Source: Piromyces finnis finn (Eukaryota > Fungi > Neocallimastigomycota). Taken from it: a stretch of 64,000 bases of DNA. The stretch spans positions 992,001 to 1,056,000 of the forward strand of contig MCFH01000004.1 in the NCBI GenBank assembly GCA_002104945.1. The letters are read 5' to 3'. The first letter of the stretch is position 1. Every line of letters starts with the position of its first letter. The notes beneath the pieces are model-generated. The model was not told the origin of the DNA. It searched no databases and saw nothing but the letters and a program-made list of their open reading frames with translations. Shown here piece by piece: positions 12,310-26,267 of this stretch. Position numbers and translations under genes: made by a program.

Positions 12310-13363
12310 ATGGAAGAATTAAAAACACATTATGACTATATTATATTAGGAACAGGAATACAAGAATCTATACTTGCTAGGTACTTAAAATAATAAAAAG
12401 CTATATATATTTATTCTATGTACATTACACTTTGTAAAATAAGAAGCATTAAACATTTATTAATAACCTATAAATATAATTAATTTAAATTATATCATTT
12501 ATATATATAACATAATTATTATGTATACCTATGCTTCACTTATATTTTTAAAATAAAAATATTTATATAAAAGTGCTCTAGCAAGAAATAATAAAACAGT
12601 ACTTCATATTGATGGAAATCAATTTTATGGAGGAAATGAATGTTCCTTTAATTTCAGTGAATTTTTAGAATGGATAATGAATGTACAAAAAAATGACAAT
12701 AAAGCAAAACAATGTATATATTCTATATAATATTACTATTAATATAAATGTTATAAATATAATTCCTTATAGTAATAATTATTAAAATTATTTTTTTCTC
12801 AAATTGGTTTATTGTAAAAAAAAAAAAAAAAAAAATGAAAATTAAGCAACAACAACCAATGATATAAATAAATTCTATGATTCTTATCATGATATTGATA
12901 TAAAAATTCTTTCAGGATATGATATTCCAGATAATGAACCTGAAATTACTAATAGATTTGCACTTCAAAACAATAAAATTGCAGAAGAATTTCTTAAACA
13001 AACCCAAACTTCAGTAGAAAAAGATAAATTAGCATTATTAAAGGATTTAATAAAAGATAATCGTCAATTTTACATTAGTCTCTTACCTAAAATGGCTTAT
13101 TCTCGAGGTCCATTTATTGATTTATTAATTAAAGCAGACCTTGGTAATTATTTGGAATTTCGTTCCATGGAAAAAACATATATATACAATAACGATGTAT
13201 TTGAAAATGTAAAGTATAAATATAATTTTTATCCTTTTTATTTTTATTTTTTAAGGGGAAATAAAAAAAAAAAAAAAAGTTTGGCATTATTATTACATTA
13301 TTATAACAATAATAATTTGTATATTTAATTGATTTAACGAAACTATCTTGATAATTTTTTTAA

Positions 13364-13394
<31 letters not shown>

Positions 13395-15418
13395 GTATTT
13401 GCATAAAATAATGTCATAGCATTAATATTCAATATTAATATTTAAATTTATTATTGTAGGTTCCATGTACAAAGGAAGACGTTTTCAACTCAAAACAAAT
13501 AAAGGTTATAGAAAAAAGAAAATTAATGAAATTCCTAACATTTGTTATGAATTATAGATTAGAAAAAGAATCCTATGAAGGTTAGTATATTGATACTATC
13601 ACATTTAAATATTATACTTTTTGTTCCTTCCATATATATAATTTTTAGACTGATGGCTCTTCAATGGATATTAGATAATAAGAAATTTATTTATTACTTA
13701 TTAAACTTACTTTTTTTTTTTTTTTTTTAATCTTTATCAACGCTATTTATTTTCATAAAAATTTTAACTTTTATAGAATACAAAGATAAGCCTTATTCTG
13801 AATATATAAAAACTTATAAATTAAATCCAGAATTACAACAAGTCATTCTTCAAGCAATTAATGACTCTGAAGAAGGATTAGAAGATGGTAGCTTTCCTTT
13901 TTTTTTAATAATCCTATTATTTAAATTTAACAATAAGGTTTTAATATATATATTATTTTATACATTTATCTTTTTTGTATGACAGCTACAACAGAAGAAG
14001 GTCTTGCTTCGACCTATAGATATTTAAAATCTCTTGGTAAATGGGGTAATTCACCTTTAATTTGCCCATTATATGGAGGTGGTAGTGAAATATCCCAAGC
14101 TTTTTGCAGGTAAATAATTCATATATATTATAGTAATACAAATAGTGAAGGGTTAGTCATTTTCATAAATCTTTCTATTCTTATGTAAATTCATTTAAAA
14201 TATTATTTTTTTTTTATGATAGATCCTGTGCTGTTTATGGAGGTGTTTATATGTTAGATCAAAAGATTAACTCATTAGAATTTAAAAATAATCAATATCA
14301 TTTGGATTGTGAACTTAAATTTACTGGGGATCACTTAATCTCTTCAATTGACTATTTACAAGATCAAAGCAATATAGAGTAATTATCTTATTATTTCTTC
14401 TTTTAAATTATATCATTTTGAAATGATAATCTATATTTAATTGGTTTAATAATAAATATATATATATATTTTATTAAATATAAAAAGAATTACAGATTAT
14501 CATAAGGCAATAATAATTACTGATAAACCACTTAAGAAGAATATTGATATTAGTATTTACATTATTCCGCCAAACACAATTAATAATAATAAAAATAGAA
14601 TAATGCTTATTCAGCAAGGTTATCAAGCAAACTGTTGTCCAAAATCTAAATGTAAGATATATTATAAATGTGTATAATTTAAAAAAAAAAATTAAAATTT
14701 TTGTTAAACATTTTAACATTTATTTATTTATTTTGTTGCTTTATAGATATTATTTATATTTGTACAAAAGCTACAGATACTTCAAAAGAAGAAATTAAGA
14801 ATGTTATTCAACAATTATTTGAAGATAAAAGTAATATATATATATATTCTTTTTTAGTTTTATTACTTTTTTTTTTTTTTTTTTTTTTAACTTTTCTTCA
14901 ATCATATTCAAAATGTACTAAACTATTTATACATATATTCATAAAATAAAATAGATGATATATCAGAAAAAAATAAATTAGATGAAATGGAGGGAGAAAA
15001 TAATGAAAATATAAAAAAAGATGAAGAAGCTAATGATAATAATAACAAAAATGATGATGATGATGATGATGATGATGAAGAGGAGGAAGAAGAAGAAGAA
15101 GAAGAAGAAGCATCAAAACCAAAGGCATATATTTCTGTTATTTTTAAGCAATCCATTAGAAAACAAAAATCATTGGAAACTAAACTCGATAAAACCACCC
15201 TAACCATTATTGATGATATGCTTCCAGGTATTTCAATGGAAACTCCAGTAGAAAATGCCTTATCCATTTTCCGTCAATTGCATCCAGAAATTGAAGAAAT
15301 TTATAGTAAACCTCAAGAAGAAGAAGAAGAAAAAGAAGAAAAACAAGAGGAAGGACAAAAAGAGCAAGAAGAACAAATAACTAATGAAAACGAAGCTGTT
15401 GAAGAACAAACTCAATAA
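12310..15418 (+). CDS. MRS6: Rab escort protein (REP/CHM/Mrs6; GDI superfamily), multi-exon
   Basis: MEELKTHYDYIILGTGIQESILA, VLHIDGNQFYGGNECSF, an insert typical of REP, [89 protein letters not shown], and an acidic C-terminus. Confidence 0.85.
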
Positions 15419-17064
15419 ATAGCAAACAAAATAGTAAAAGGAATTTATCTATTACTAAAATTGTTATATATTTCCTATTTCCTTTTTAAAATAATAAAAA
15501 AAAAAAAATAGAAATAAATAAAAAAAAAATTAAATATATAAATAATAAAACTTTATGTATACTCATTGAATCGAAAAGTAATAATTATAATATGTTACTA
15601 CTTATTTAATTGTATTATTGTAATGCTTATGTCGATGATGATATTGTTTTATTAGAAAACTTTGATTATGATTTTATAATTGTGTACTCAAATAAAATAT
15701 ATGCAAATTATATGTATTTCTATGTATATAAAGAATAAATGAAAAGGTTTTTTACGATTCTATTTTAGTAAAGACATATATAATTGGAATTATGTAAAAA
15801 AAAAAAAAATAAAAAAATAAAAACTATTGGGACTTTATATTTTTTTTTTCCTTTAAAATATAATTAAATATTCCTATTCACTATATTTTATTTTATAATT
15901 ATAATAAAATTTTAAAAAAATATATATATTTGGGCATTAACACACTAATAGACAAACACAAACTAAAAAAAAAAAAAAGGATCAAGTTAACTTTTGATTA
16001 TAATACCATTAATATTATTTAATGATTATTTATATATATTATAATAATGGGAAAAAACTATAAAATTCATTATCATTCTTTTTGATTAATAATAACTTTA
16101 TTTTTTTGTACCAAATTTTAAATATAAAAAAATAAAAAGACATGTAAAGTAGTACAATAATATATAAAAAAAATTAAAATTTTCCTTTACATCGTAGTAT
16201 GCAATTTTTTAAAAATTTATTTATTAATAAACTTTTTAGATAGAAAAAATAATAATAATAATAATAAAAAAAAGGAAATTTTATAAAATAACACAAATAG
16301 TCTTCTTTTATAAATTTAACCTTTTTTTTTTCTTTTACTTAATTAAAATATATATAATTCATATTAATAAATTTTCAAATACTCTTTTAAAAGTGTTTTT
16401 TTTTTTTTTTTTTTTTTTTCAATATTTCATGAAATCAAAGCATCTTTTAATTAATAATTAAAATTAAATTACAGCCTTACGGATATTAATTAATGATTAA
16501 CAATCTTATTGTATAACCATTTTAGTAATAAGAAAAAAAAAAACTACTTTTAAAGTTTATACTTTAAAAAAATATACCTATCATAAATTTCCTTTCGAAT
16601 AAAAATTATTAAAACAATTATAAATCTATTTTTATCAATAGAAAATGTCATATTACCATAAAATATGATTTTTAGCTGTAAAAAAAAAATTGGAAAAACT
16701 AAAATTATTAGGATAATTCATTAGAATTGGAATTCCATTTTTTTTTTTTTTTTATTTATTTTTTTTTTATTTTTTATGAAAAACTATTATTAATGATTTA
16801 ATAGGATAATATTTATTTGGTTCAATTACAAACAATATTTTAGCTTTGAAAAAAAAATTTTTTTTTAAAGTCTCCTCCTCTTTACCAAAAAAGTAAAAAA
16901 AAAAAAAATAATAATAATAATGAATTTTAAAAAATATATATATAATAATATAAAACAACATTTGATAAAGCAATCTATTAAAATATAAATATTAATAGTT
17001 ATTTAAACAGATAAATAATTTAAATAGAATAAAAAAAAAAAGAAAAAATAAAATAAAAATAGAA

Positions 17065-17338
17065 ATGACGAATTGTCCATATAACATTCATTATAAAGCC
17101 TATCAAAGTCTTGAACCATGTACCAGTGTCTATCTAAAACAAAAATGGGATAAAACTGATTATGAAAAATATGTTAAAAGAGTTTTAAATACAGAGGTTA
17201 ATTTAATAATACATAATGTATAATATAAATTAAATATTTTTTTTATTATTACTAAATATTTTAAATATTTTTACTACTCTATTATACTGTCATGTATAAT
17301 TATCTTCAGTATGTCATTGGTAATACTAATTATAAATA

Positions 17339-17382
<44 letters not shown>

Positions 17383-18984
17383 TTTTTTTATCATCGAAAT
17401 TTTTTATAATTTTTATATACGTATGGAATAGATGATTCACCGCCTTATGCCTATCAACATATTACTCAAATAAAAAATAAAGGTTTGACTATTCTATATA
17501 AATTTCAATAAAAAAAATCGGGCAAAATAATAAATTTACATTTTAATATTATTTTATACTTTTTTTTCCCATCATTACAGAAAATAAAAGTAAAACGAAT
17601 AGCAAAAAAGTAGTTTTCTTAAAACATATAACTATATATAAAATTTTTGATCCATTTATTAACTTTTTTAAATATATATAATTTATAATAAAATGAAATT
17701 AAAAAAAAAAAAAAAAAAGCAATTAATAATTTTGAATCAATATGATTATAATTTAAAAAAAGCTGTAGAAGAACAATATAAAAAAGATCAATTAAATATT
17801 ATGAATCAAGTACTTTTTTTTTTTTTTTCGATAAAATATTTTATATTTCAAAGAAAATTTTAAATTAAAAAAATTATTTTTTCTTTTTTTTTTACTTATT
17901 TTTGGTATTATTGAATAATTTTACAATATGACCCTTTTTTAAATATTTAAAAATACACACTCTTATAAAGAACTTATTGCAAAAACTAAAATATATGGCA
18001 AGAGAATCAAATTATGGAAAAGATAAACTTTTAAAAGAAAATAAAGAACATGATAGATTATTAAAAAGTATTTCGAAATATCCTCCACCTCATACCCAAA
18101 TCATAAAGCATAATAAAAAGAAGACAACAAAAACTACAACAACTACTACTAGAAATGTTAAATCAACTAAAGTGGGATCAATCTCTTCACAGAAAAAATA
18201 TATAAAAACAGTTCCTAAAAAGTACATTAATAGATAATATATATATATATATAATTTCTTTTTTTTTTCATATTCATAAATAATATATTTCAATATTCGT
18301 TAAAAAAAAAAATTATTTAATAAAACTATCTTTATTATTATTATTATTATATTTTATATTTTAAATTATTAAAATTTTATTATATAAATTATTTTACACT
18401 TTTTCCTAAACCCCCTATATACCAAAATATATATATATAGAAAAGAACCCAAAACAAAAGGAATTTGTAACTACTCAAATAATATAATAAAATCAACTAA
18501 TAAGGAAATGAAGAAAGACAAAAAATCAAGTAAAAAGAAATCTACTATAAAAAAAAATATAAAGTATAAAATCAAAAGTGTGGATAGTAGAAGCGGTAGT
18601 GGTAGTTATAGTGATAGTGATAGTAGCAGTAGCAGTAGTAATTATTACAATAAAAATAATCATAGTAGAAATAGTTCATATGATAGTAGTAGCAGTCTTA
18701 TTAGTAATGACCCTAGATATTACGAAGAATTAAATACAAAAATGGAATTAATTTCATTAAACGGAAATGATTTCCCCGAGTATAAACAAATAAAAGAAAG
18801 ATTTGATCGTTTATACGATCTTCCACCTAAATCAACCCTTCCTATATTTGAAAAAGCATCAACAGGTTTTGGAGATGATAATGAAAGTATTGTTGAAATA
18901 AAGAATAAATTATTAAATGAAACTAAATTAATACAAAATAGGCAATCCTTACAAGAACTTGATTTTACCTATTTAAATATATGA
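17065..18984 (+). CDS. CFAP97-domain (KIAA1430/Hemingway family) ciliary protein, multi-exon with micro-exons
   Basis: The spliced N-terminus PCTSVYLKQKWDKTDYEKYVKRVLNTE-YVIDDSPPYAYQHI...VEEQYKKDQLNIMNQNLLQKLKYM resembles the CFAP97D pattern (PC.NKYLQQKWD...Y..H..KV....P.ID...P..Y.H...EE.....I...N..LL.K). The C-terminal part is low-complexity K/S. The 3' exon structure is uncertain. Confidence 0.6.
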
Positions 18985-19739
18985 AAAAAAAAAAAAAAAT
19001 CCAACCCAATATTATTAAATCATAATAGTGTATGTGTAATAGATGCAATACAGTATATATATTATCTATATATTATCTATTTTAATCACTCAACTTAATA
19101 TATTTACTATTTGATTTATTTCAATCCATTACACCTATATATACATATTCAACACTATAAAAAAAAATTCATCCTTTTTTTTTTATTATTATTAAATTTT
19201 TGAAAAAAATAATTAATAGATATAATAATTATATAAATACCATTTTTTTATTTCAATTTCTTAAAGAAATCAATGAGCCAAGCACAAACAATATTTTTCA
19301 ATAGTATTAAAATCATTTTAATTTATTGCTTTTTTTTTTCTTCTTCTTCTTCTTCTTCAATTGTTATTATTATTTTGGATCAATTAGTCAATAATTACAA
19401 TGGTACAATATTTAATAATATTTATTAATTTCAATCAACTTTCACATAGTATTTTATTACAATCTATATCAATTTTAAGCATTATCATTTACTTTTTCTT
19501 TTTTTATTATTTTAAATCATCAAAAAATACATATATATATTATCTTTTTTTTTTCAAATCATAAATCTAATATATTCATAATGATACTTATTCACCTTAT
19601 ATATATATTATTTTATTTTATTTTATTTATTTAAATTAATAATTTGATATATTTTTTTTTCTTTTATAGTATTACTCGTAGTTGTTATTGTATTTACATC
19701 AAGTGTACTTTATCCTCCCTCTATAGATATATGATCATA

Positions 19740-19800
19740 TAAAAATAAAAATAAAAATAAAAATAAAAATAAAAATAAAAATAAAAATAAAAATAAAAAT
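19740..19800. repeat. (AAAAAT)n microsatellite
   Basis: About 10 tandem AAAAAT units. Confidence 0.85.
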
Positions 19801-20144
19801 TATTTAATATTGAAAAAAAAAAGTTTAAATCATAAATGAAAATAATATTAATAATAGTATTACCTCTACGATTACATATTAAAAGAGTTGAATCTTTTCT
19901 ATGAATTTTTTTTTTTTTTTTTTTTGAAGGCATCAACTATTTTTAAACTTTATTAATTTAATTAAAATTATAATGCATATAATACATGTTTTAAAAAAAT
20001 AAAATTAAAAATGAAAAATAAAAATTAAAAAAAAAATAGGTTTAAATAAACACAAATGAATAAAAATTGGGTATAATGTATTCTAGTCATTTTTAGCTAA
20101 AAGTAAGAAAGCCACTATTATACTAAAGTATAATAATTGTATTT

Positions 20145-21000
20145 GACTTCTAATGAGACACTGCCGGAGGACACCGAGCCAAAGATCAAAATTTTGTCAT
20201 GGGAGCAAAATTATGATCTCCATTGGTTTACTCTGGCCCCTCCTGGCCTGTTTTACTGTTTCTTCAGCATTGACGCTCTTGGTTGTTGCTTCAAACCTTT
20301 TGAACATGGACCATTGCTGACCAATAACAAAAGATATGATTTTGGTTAGAAATTCCGCTGCTATCGTCAAAAATGGTATTCCTTCGACAATGGCAGATTG
20401 AATCTGACACTTGCAAAGTTCTTTTCATTCCCTTGAATTGGAATTGATATATTCTTAAAAACTTCTTCCCCAAAGAAGGAATTTAAATATTTTATTGTAC
20501 ACACCAGAATAATCATACACATAAATATTCATCGGAGTATTAGAACTATTACTACTATTAACTAAAATACTATCTAAATTTGAATGATTATCTTCACCAT
20601 TGTTATCATTACTATTATTACTTCTACTACTACTATTAATATTATTACTATTGGTACTATTACTATTGCTACTATAACTATTGTTACTATTACTACTATT
20701 ATTGTTATTGCTATCTCTACGGATAATAACATTTTCATTCACATTGATAGGACCGTTGAAATTACGTTGATTAAAAAAAAAAAAATTTAATAGTTGAACG
20801 ATACCATCGTAATGTTTAATTACGGATATCTCTAAATGTTGGACAATCTAATAACCAATATTTCATACTTTGAACACTACTCTTGCCACATGGACAGTCG
20901 TTAGGACGAACAAACTGGAGCAATAAATTTAGCAACTTTTGCAACTCTAGCATCTAACTTGTATACTAGGAATAAATTCCTCCAACGGTTTTGTCATTTC
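20145..21000 (-). mobile_element. Degenerate 3' fragment of a non-LTR retrotransposon (LINE ORF2 C-terminal zinc finger plus 3' UTR)
   Basis: The minus strand reads, with frameshifts and stops, YKLDARVAKVAKFIAPV / PNDCPCGKSSVQSMKYWLLDCPTFRDIR (20822-20896). This resembles the CCHC-type C-terminal finger of LINE ORF2, with His replaced by Tyr. A GC-richer 3' segment shares 36/41 nt with the tail of element A and ends in GAAGTC. No clear TSD or poly(A). Confidence 0.65.
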
Positions 21001-21784
21001 AAAATAAAATATTATAAAAATGAAAATAATTGCTAATACATCTAACACAAATGTTATTTCAAATAACATATACCTTGTTTACTTCTCCCCTTCTGAAGGT
21101 ATAAAACAAAAAAAAAAAAAAAAAACAATTATCCTATTATAAAAAATTGGCCCATCTTTAAATCATTTATACGACCATCAACATACCCAATGATTCAACC
21201 ACATTATTATAATATATATTTTTTATAGGTAGGTATATATATATAGATTTATTTATTTATTTATATTTATTTTATTTTATGCTTTATATATATATATTAT
21301 TAAACAAAAAAAAGTTTTATTTTATACTTTTTTCTCTTTAATTGTTTTTTGTTTCGTTTTTTAAGGTAGGTGTGTTTTTTTTGTTTTTCTATTTTTTTTT
21401 TTTTTTTTTTTTTTGTTTTTTGACTTTTTAATATATATATAGAATGTTAAATTGTTATTATATTATTATTATTATCTTAATATTATTTTAACATTTTCTT
21501 CTAATATTAATATTTATTCTCTTTTTTTAACTTTATGCTTTTTCTTTAAGAGTTATTTATCATTTTTATATCAATGAATTTTAAAGTATTTTTTTATTTA
21601 AATACTCTACATCTAATGTATATTAATATAAATATTTAATAAATAATATTTATCAATGTGCTTTACGTGAAAAAACTATAAAAAAAATTACAATGATTAA
21701 TTAAATAATGATTATAAATTGGAAAAAAAAAAAATTAATTAAAAAATTTATTATTATATAAAAGATAGTTTAATCTATTTAAAC

Positions 21785-24459
21785 TTAGTTGCTGGTTTCG
21801 GTTTCTGGAACATTAGCACTAACAACATTTTCCATTAATTTGTTTAATCTTCTAATGATAGTTCTTGGATCTTGTAATAAACCAGCAGAAATTAAAGCAT
21901 TATCGTATACTTGACGCATAACTTCAGAAGCAACTTCTGGCTTAGTAGTACGTAACTTGTATAATCCACAAATAACACGGTGACTAGTGTTGATTTCTAT
22001 TTTTTGTGGTGGAATTGGCATACCAGTTAACTTAGAACCTGGCATCATCATCATTAACTTTCTACTTATAGAAGCATCATGATCACGTAAGATAGCTGGA
22101 GTAGATGCAATACGGTTGTTAACAGTAACTTGAGAAACAAGTTCCTTACCTAAAGTTTCCTTAACCCATTCAATCATTTCCTTTTCTTCGGTTTCATTTA
22201 ACTTGGAAGCAGCATTTTCAACCTTACTCTTCTTAGCAATTTCTTCAGCAGCAGCTTGAGATTCAATGTTAAGAATTCTCTTACCCTTATATAAATGAAG
22301 ATTGTTCATAACAAATTCATCAATGGCTTCATGGCATAAAACAACTTCAATATCATTGTTCTTGAATGGTTCATAGTATGGAGAATCTTCAACAATACTA
22401 CGGTTTGGAGTGCAAGTGTAGAAAATACATTCTTGATCCTTTTGCATCTTTTCAACGTATTCATCAAATGAAGTAACTTCTCCCTTACCAGTCTTAGTAC
22501 TTGGGAATCTTAAAAGAGCAGCAATATCAGTCTTGAAACCGTAATCAGCACAAATACCTTCCTTTAAGAAGTTACCAAAGTTACTGGCGAATAATTTGTA
22601 CTTTTCTGGATCACGCTTAGATTCATCTAATAACCACTTAATAACACGAGTAGTTAAAACATTTCTAAGTCTAGCAATTAAGGCATTATCTTGAAGCATT
22701 TCACGAGAAACATTTAATGGGATATCTTCACTATCAACAACACCACGAACAAAACGAAGCCATTCTGGTAATAATTGCTTACATTTTGCTTGGATTAAAA
22801 CCTTTCTGGAGTAAAGACTAACACCTGGTTGCATACGACCTAAACCCATAGTTTCAGAGTGGTATTGTGGAACGTATAATAAACTAGAAATCTATTTTAT
22901 TTATAATAAAATAATAATGTTTAAAATATGTAAGATTAAAAAAAATAATCATTTTGGTTTATTTGGAAAATTATAAAAATAATTTTTTAAATAATTTATA
23001 ATTAACATTTTATATTATCTATAAACATACTTGAATTGGAGCATCAGTTTTGTATAATAAAGTGAATTGTGGTTTATCATGAGCATTAGCAATGAATCTG
23101 TAGAATTCAATGTGTTGGTCTTCGGTAATTTCATTCTTATTCATAGTCCATAAAGCTTGAATAGTATTAAGTCTCTTACCGTTTAAAACAATTGGATATT
23201 GAACAAAGTTTGAGTAACGCTTAATAATTCTTTGTACATTTTGGATATCAGCAAATTGTTTACAATCTTCACGTAAGTGAATAACAATCTTGGTACCACA
23301 AGTGACACCATCAGCTTCAGCAACATCATAGGAACCAGAACCATCAGATGTCCAGCAGTATCCCTTAGCATTCTTGTGAGCTGATTTAGTATAAACTTCA
23401 ACCTTTTCAGCAACCATTAAACAAGAGTAAAAACCAACACCAAATTGACCAATAATATTTTCCTTAGCACTAGCACTACTTTGGTCAAGCTTCTTTAAGA
23501 AAGCTAAAGTACCAGAATTAGCAATAGTACCCAAGTTATTATTAACTTCATCTTCATTCATACCAATACCGAAATCTTGGAAAATAATAGTTCTATCACT
23601 CTTGTTTATACTAAGATGGATTTCAGCTGGATTAGCAGCAACAGTTTCATCAAGAACAGTTTCATCGGTTAATTGAAGGTATCTTTTTATTCATGACAAT
23701 CAATTATATTAATTATATTAATACATGAAATTTAGCATTGATTATTATCGTATCTTTATTATTAACTTACCTGACTTTTTCTAAAGCATCACTTGCGTTG
23801 GAAATAAGTTCTCTAATGAAAACTTCCTTGTCAGAATATAAACTTTTAGCTACAATATCAAGTAAACGCTTAGTTTCAGTCTTAAATTCATGCTTAGTAG
23901 CAGTACCAATAGTTTTTTCATTAACAGAAATATTTCCTTCTTCTGGAATTTTATCTTCTTCTTCCTTATTCTATTACAAAATATTAAGAATGTTTATTAA
24001 ATATATTAATATAAAATTAATATATATCTTTTATTTAAAATTTCAATAAAAAAATATATTAAATTTATATAAATTCTTACTTCAGAATTTTCAGTAACAA
24101 GGAATCTTCTAGAAGTCTTGGAAACGCTAGCAGCTCTGTAGTTCTTCTACATAAAATTTAAAATTTACAAAAATGTTTATTTAATAATATTCTATTTTTT
24201 ATATAATTTCAATTCCTTTTAATTTATTCTTGAATTTTTTATTCCTTTTAATACAATCTTGTTATTATTTTCATATCTCTTTTTCATAATATTTGATTAT
24301 TTTATTTATTAACTAATTCTTTCTCTATTTATTTAAAAATCTTTTTTTTTTTTAAGGACTTACAAGAGACTTTAAAGAAACTCTTTCTAATTGTTGAAGA
24401 GAAGAAAGGCTTAAAGTGGCAGCTTTTGGTAAAGCGATTTTTGTAATTTGAGATAACAT
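21785..24459 (-). CDS. TRAP1: TRAP1 / mitochondrial-type Hsp90 (Hsp75), with N-terminal presequence-like segment
   Basis: [67 protein letters not shown]...LPEWLRF and LNVSREMLQ are present; there is no C-terminal MEEVD. The first exon [32 protein letters not shown] is rich in Ser/Leu/basic residues. Confidence 0.92.
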
Positions 24460-25346
24460 CTTTTATCTTTATAACAGTTTAATACATTAATAATATTTTT
24501 TTAAATATAAAATTGAATAAAATAGATATAATAATAAGTTAATTTATGAAATAAGCTTATTATAATAATAAATTAATGAGTTATTTTTTCTATTGTTAAG
24601 TTTAATTTTAATTTATAATATATATAATTAGTTCAAAACTTTTTCAAGTTAATATTCATAAAATATTGATTTATTTTTATTTTTATATTATATTATAATA
24701 TCTTTGATTATTATGTTCCCTTTATTCAATTGACATCTACCTACTAAAAGTTTATTAAAAAAAGTTTACAATTATAAAACGCAAGAAAAAAAAAAATTAC
24801 ATCTTTTTTTTTCATTTTTATATTAAATCAAAAATTCCCTTTTTTTTATAAAAGTTTATATATTTATATTATAGTTCATTTATATTATAATATATTTTAA
24901 TTATTTCAAATAATATATTTCTTACAATTAATTGTTTAGGTATGGATTTATCACCATATTAATAATTTCATTTTTTCTGCTTTTTTTTTAATAAATAATA
25001 TATAAATATTATATTAGTAATATATTATATAATATAAATTTAAGCAGTTTTTTTCTTATTTATTCTTTTTTTTCATACGAAAATAAAATTATTTAAATTG
25101 TAATATATGGTAAAGTATAATTAATATATTGTAAAAATGTAAAAATGTATGGGTTAGATTTAAAATTAAGTTAGAGATAAAGTTCGAACTTGGATAATTA
25201 AAATTTATAATATAAAAAATTAATATTCGGATATTGTAAGTAAATTTTAAATTCAACAATCAATAAAAACTTTAATTAAAATGTATATATTATCAGTTGA
25301 TTAATAATATATGATGATGTTATTATTAAAAGATCAAATATATTAA

Positions 25347-25419
25347 TTTATTTATTCATTTATTTATTCATTTATTCATTCATTCATTTATGTATGTATT
25401 TATTTATTTATTTATATAT

Positions 25420-25458
<39 letters not shown>

Positions 25459-25463
25459 TGTAT

Positions 25464-25534
<71 letters not shown>
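25347..25534. repeat. (TTTA)n microsatellite with TTCA variants at the left end
   Basis: About 190 bp of TTTA units between the divergent TRAP1 and CIA1 starts. Confidence 0.9.
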
Positions 25535-26267
25535 TATGACACGAGAATAAGAAATTACTATATTTATAAATATATAAAAGACAAAAGCTCCATAATACTA
25601 TATTTAATAGTATTGTTTTATATTATTTTACGCTATTCTATAATAATTACTTAGCAAAATATTCTTTTTATTTTATTTATTAAAAAAAGAAAATTATATT
25701 CAATTATGAAAATATATTGCTTTCATTATTTTAAAAAAAAGTATTCATTTAATACTTCATAACTTATTGCAAAAAAAAACTAAATAAAGTTATAAAAAAA
25801 AAAAAATAAAGATGCATTGATCAAATACGAGTTATATTTTAATGCTAAAAGTTTAATGTGTAACAATGTATATCTTTTGAGCTTTTTTTTATTTTATATA
25901 ATTAATGACTTTAACTACATATTATATATTGAATTGATCATACTTAATAATTTACATCACATTATTATAAAAATATTATTATATAGGTATTATGGTGATA
26001 TATATAACTTTTTCCTTATTTTTTTTTTTTTTGAAGTTTTATATATAAAATAGTTATAAATTTAAAAAGGTTAAAATTTTATTATATTCAAGTTTTTTAT
26101 AAAAAAATTTATATTAAAAATTTGTTGTGATAAAAAACCTATAAATTTTAATTTTAAAAAAAAAAAAATTTAAAAGATAAAAATATAGAAAAATAATATA
26201 AAATTCAAAATTTTAAAAATTAAAAAGTCGTTTTTTGAATTTATAAGAATTCTATAATAAAAATAAA

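Noticed and set aside
19260-19936. Small minus-strand gene starting MMPSKKKK
   Set aside because: No continuous spliced frame could be built; all tested acceptors hit early stops, and there is no recognisable homology.
20137-20349. 70-aa + strand ORF
   Set aside because: Antisense to the LINE 3' UTR, with no motif support.
21040-21200. Continuation of the LINE, or a small exon (frame GYVDGRINDLKMGQ)
   Set aside because: Too short and stop-bounded to assign, and no link to the LINE frame could be shown.
25394-25654. FIYL-repeat ORF (and the similar ORF at 61993-62184)
   Set aside because: Translation of TTTA microsatellites.
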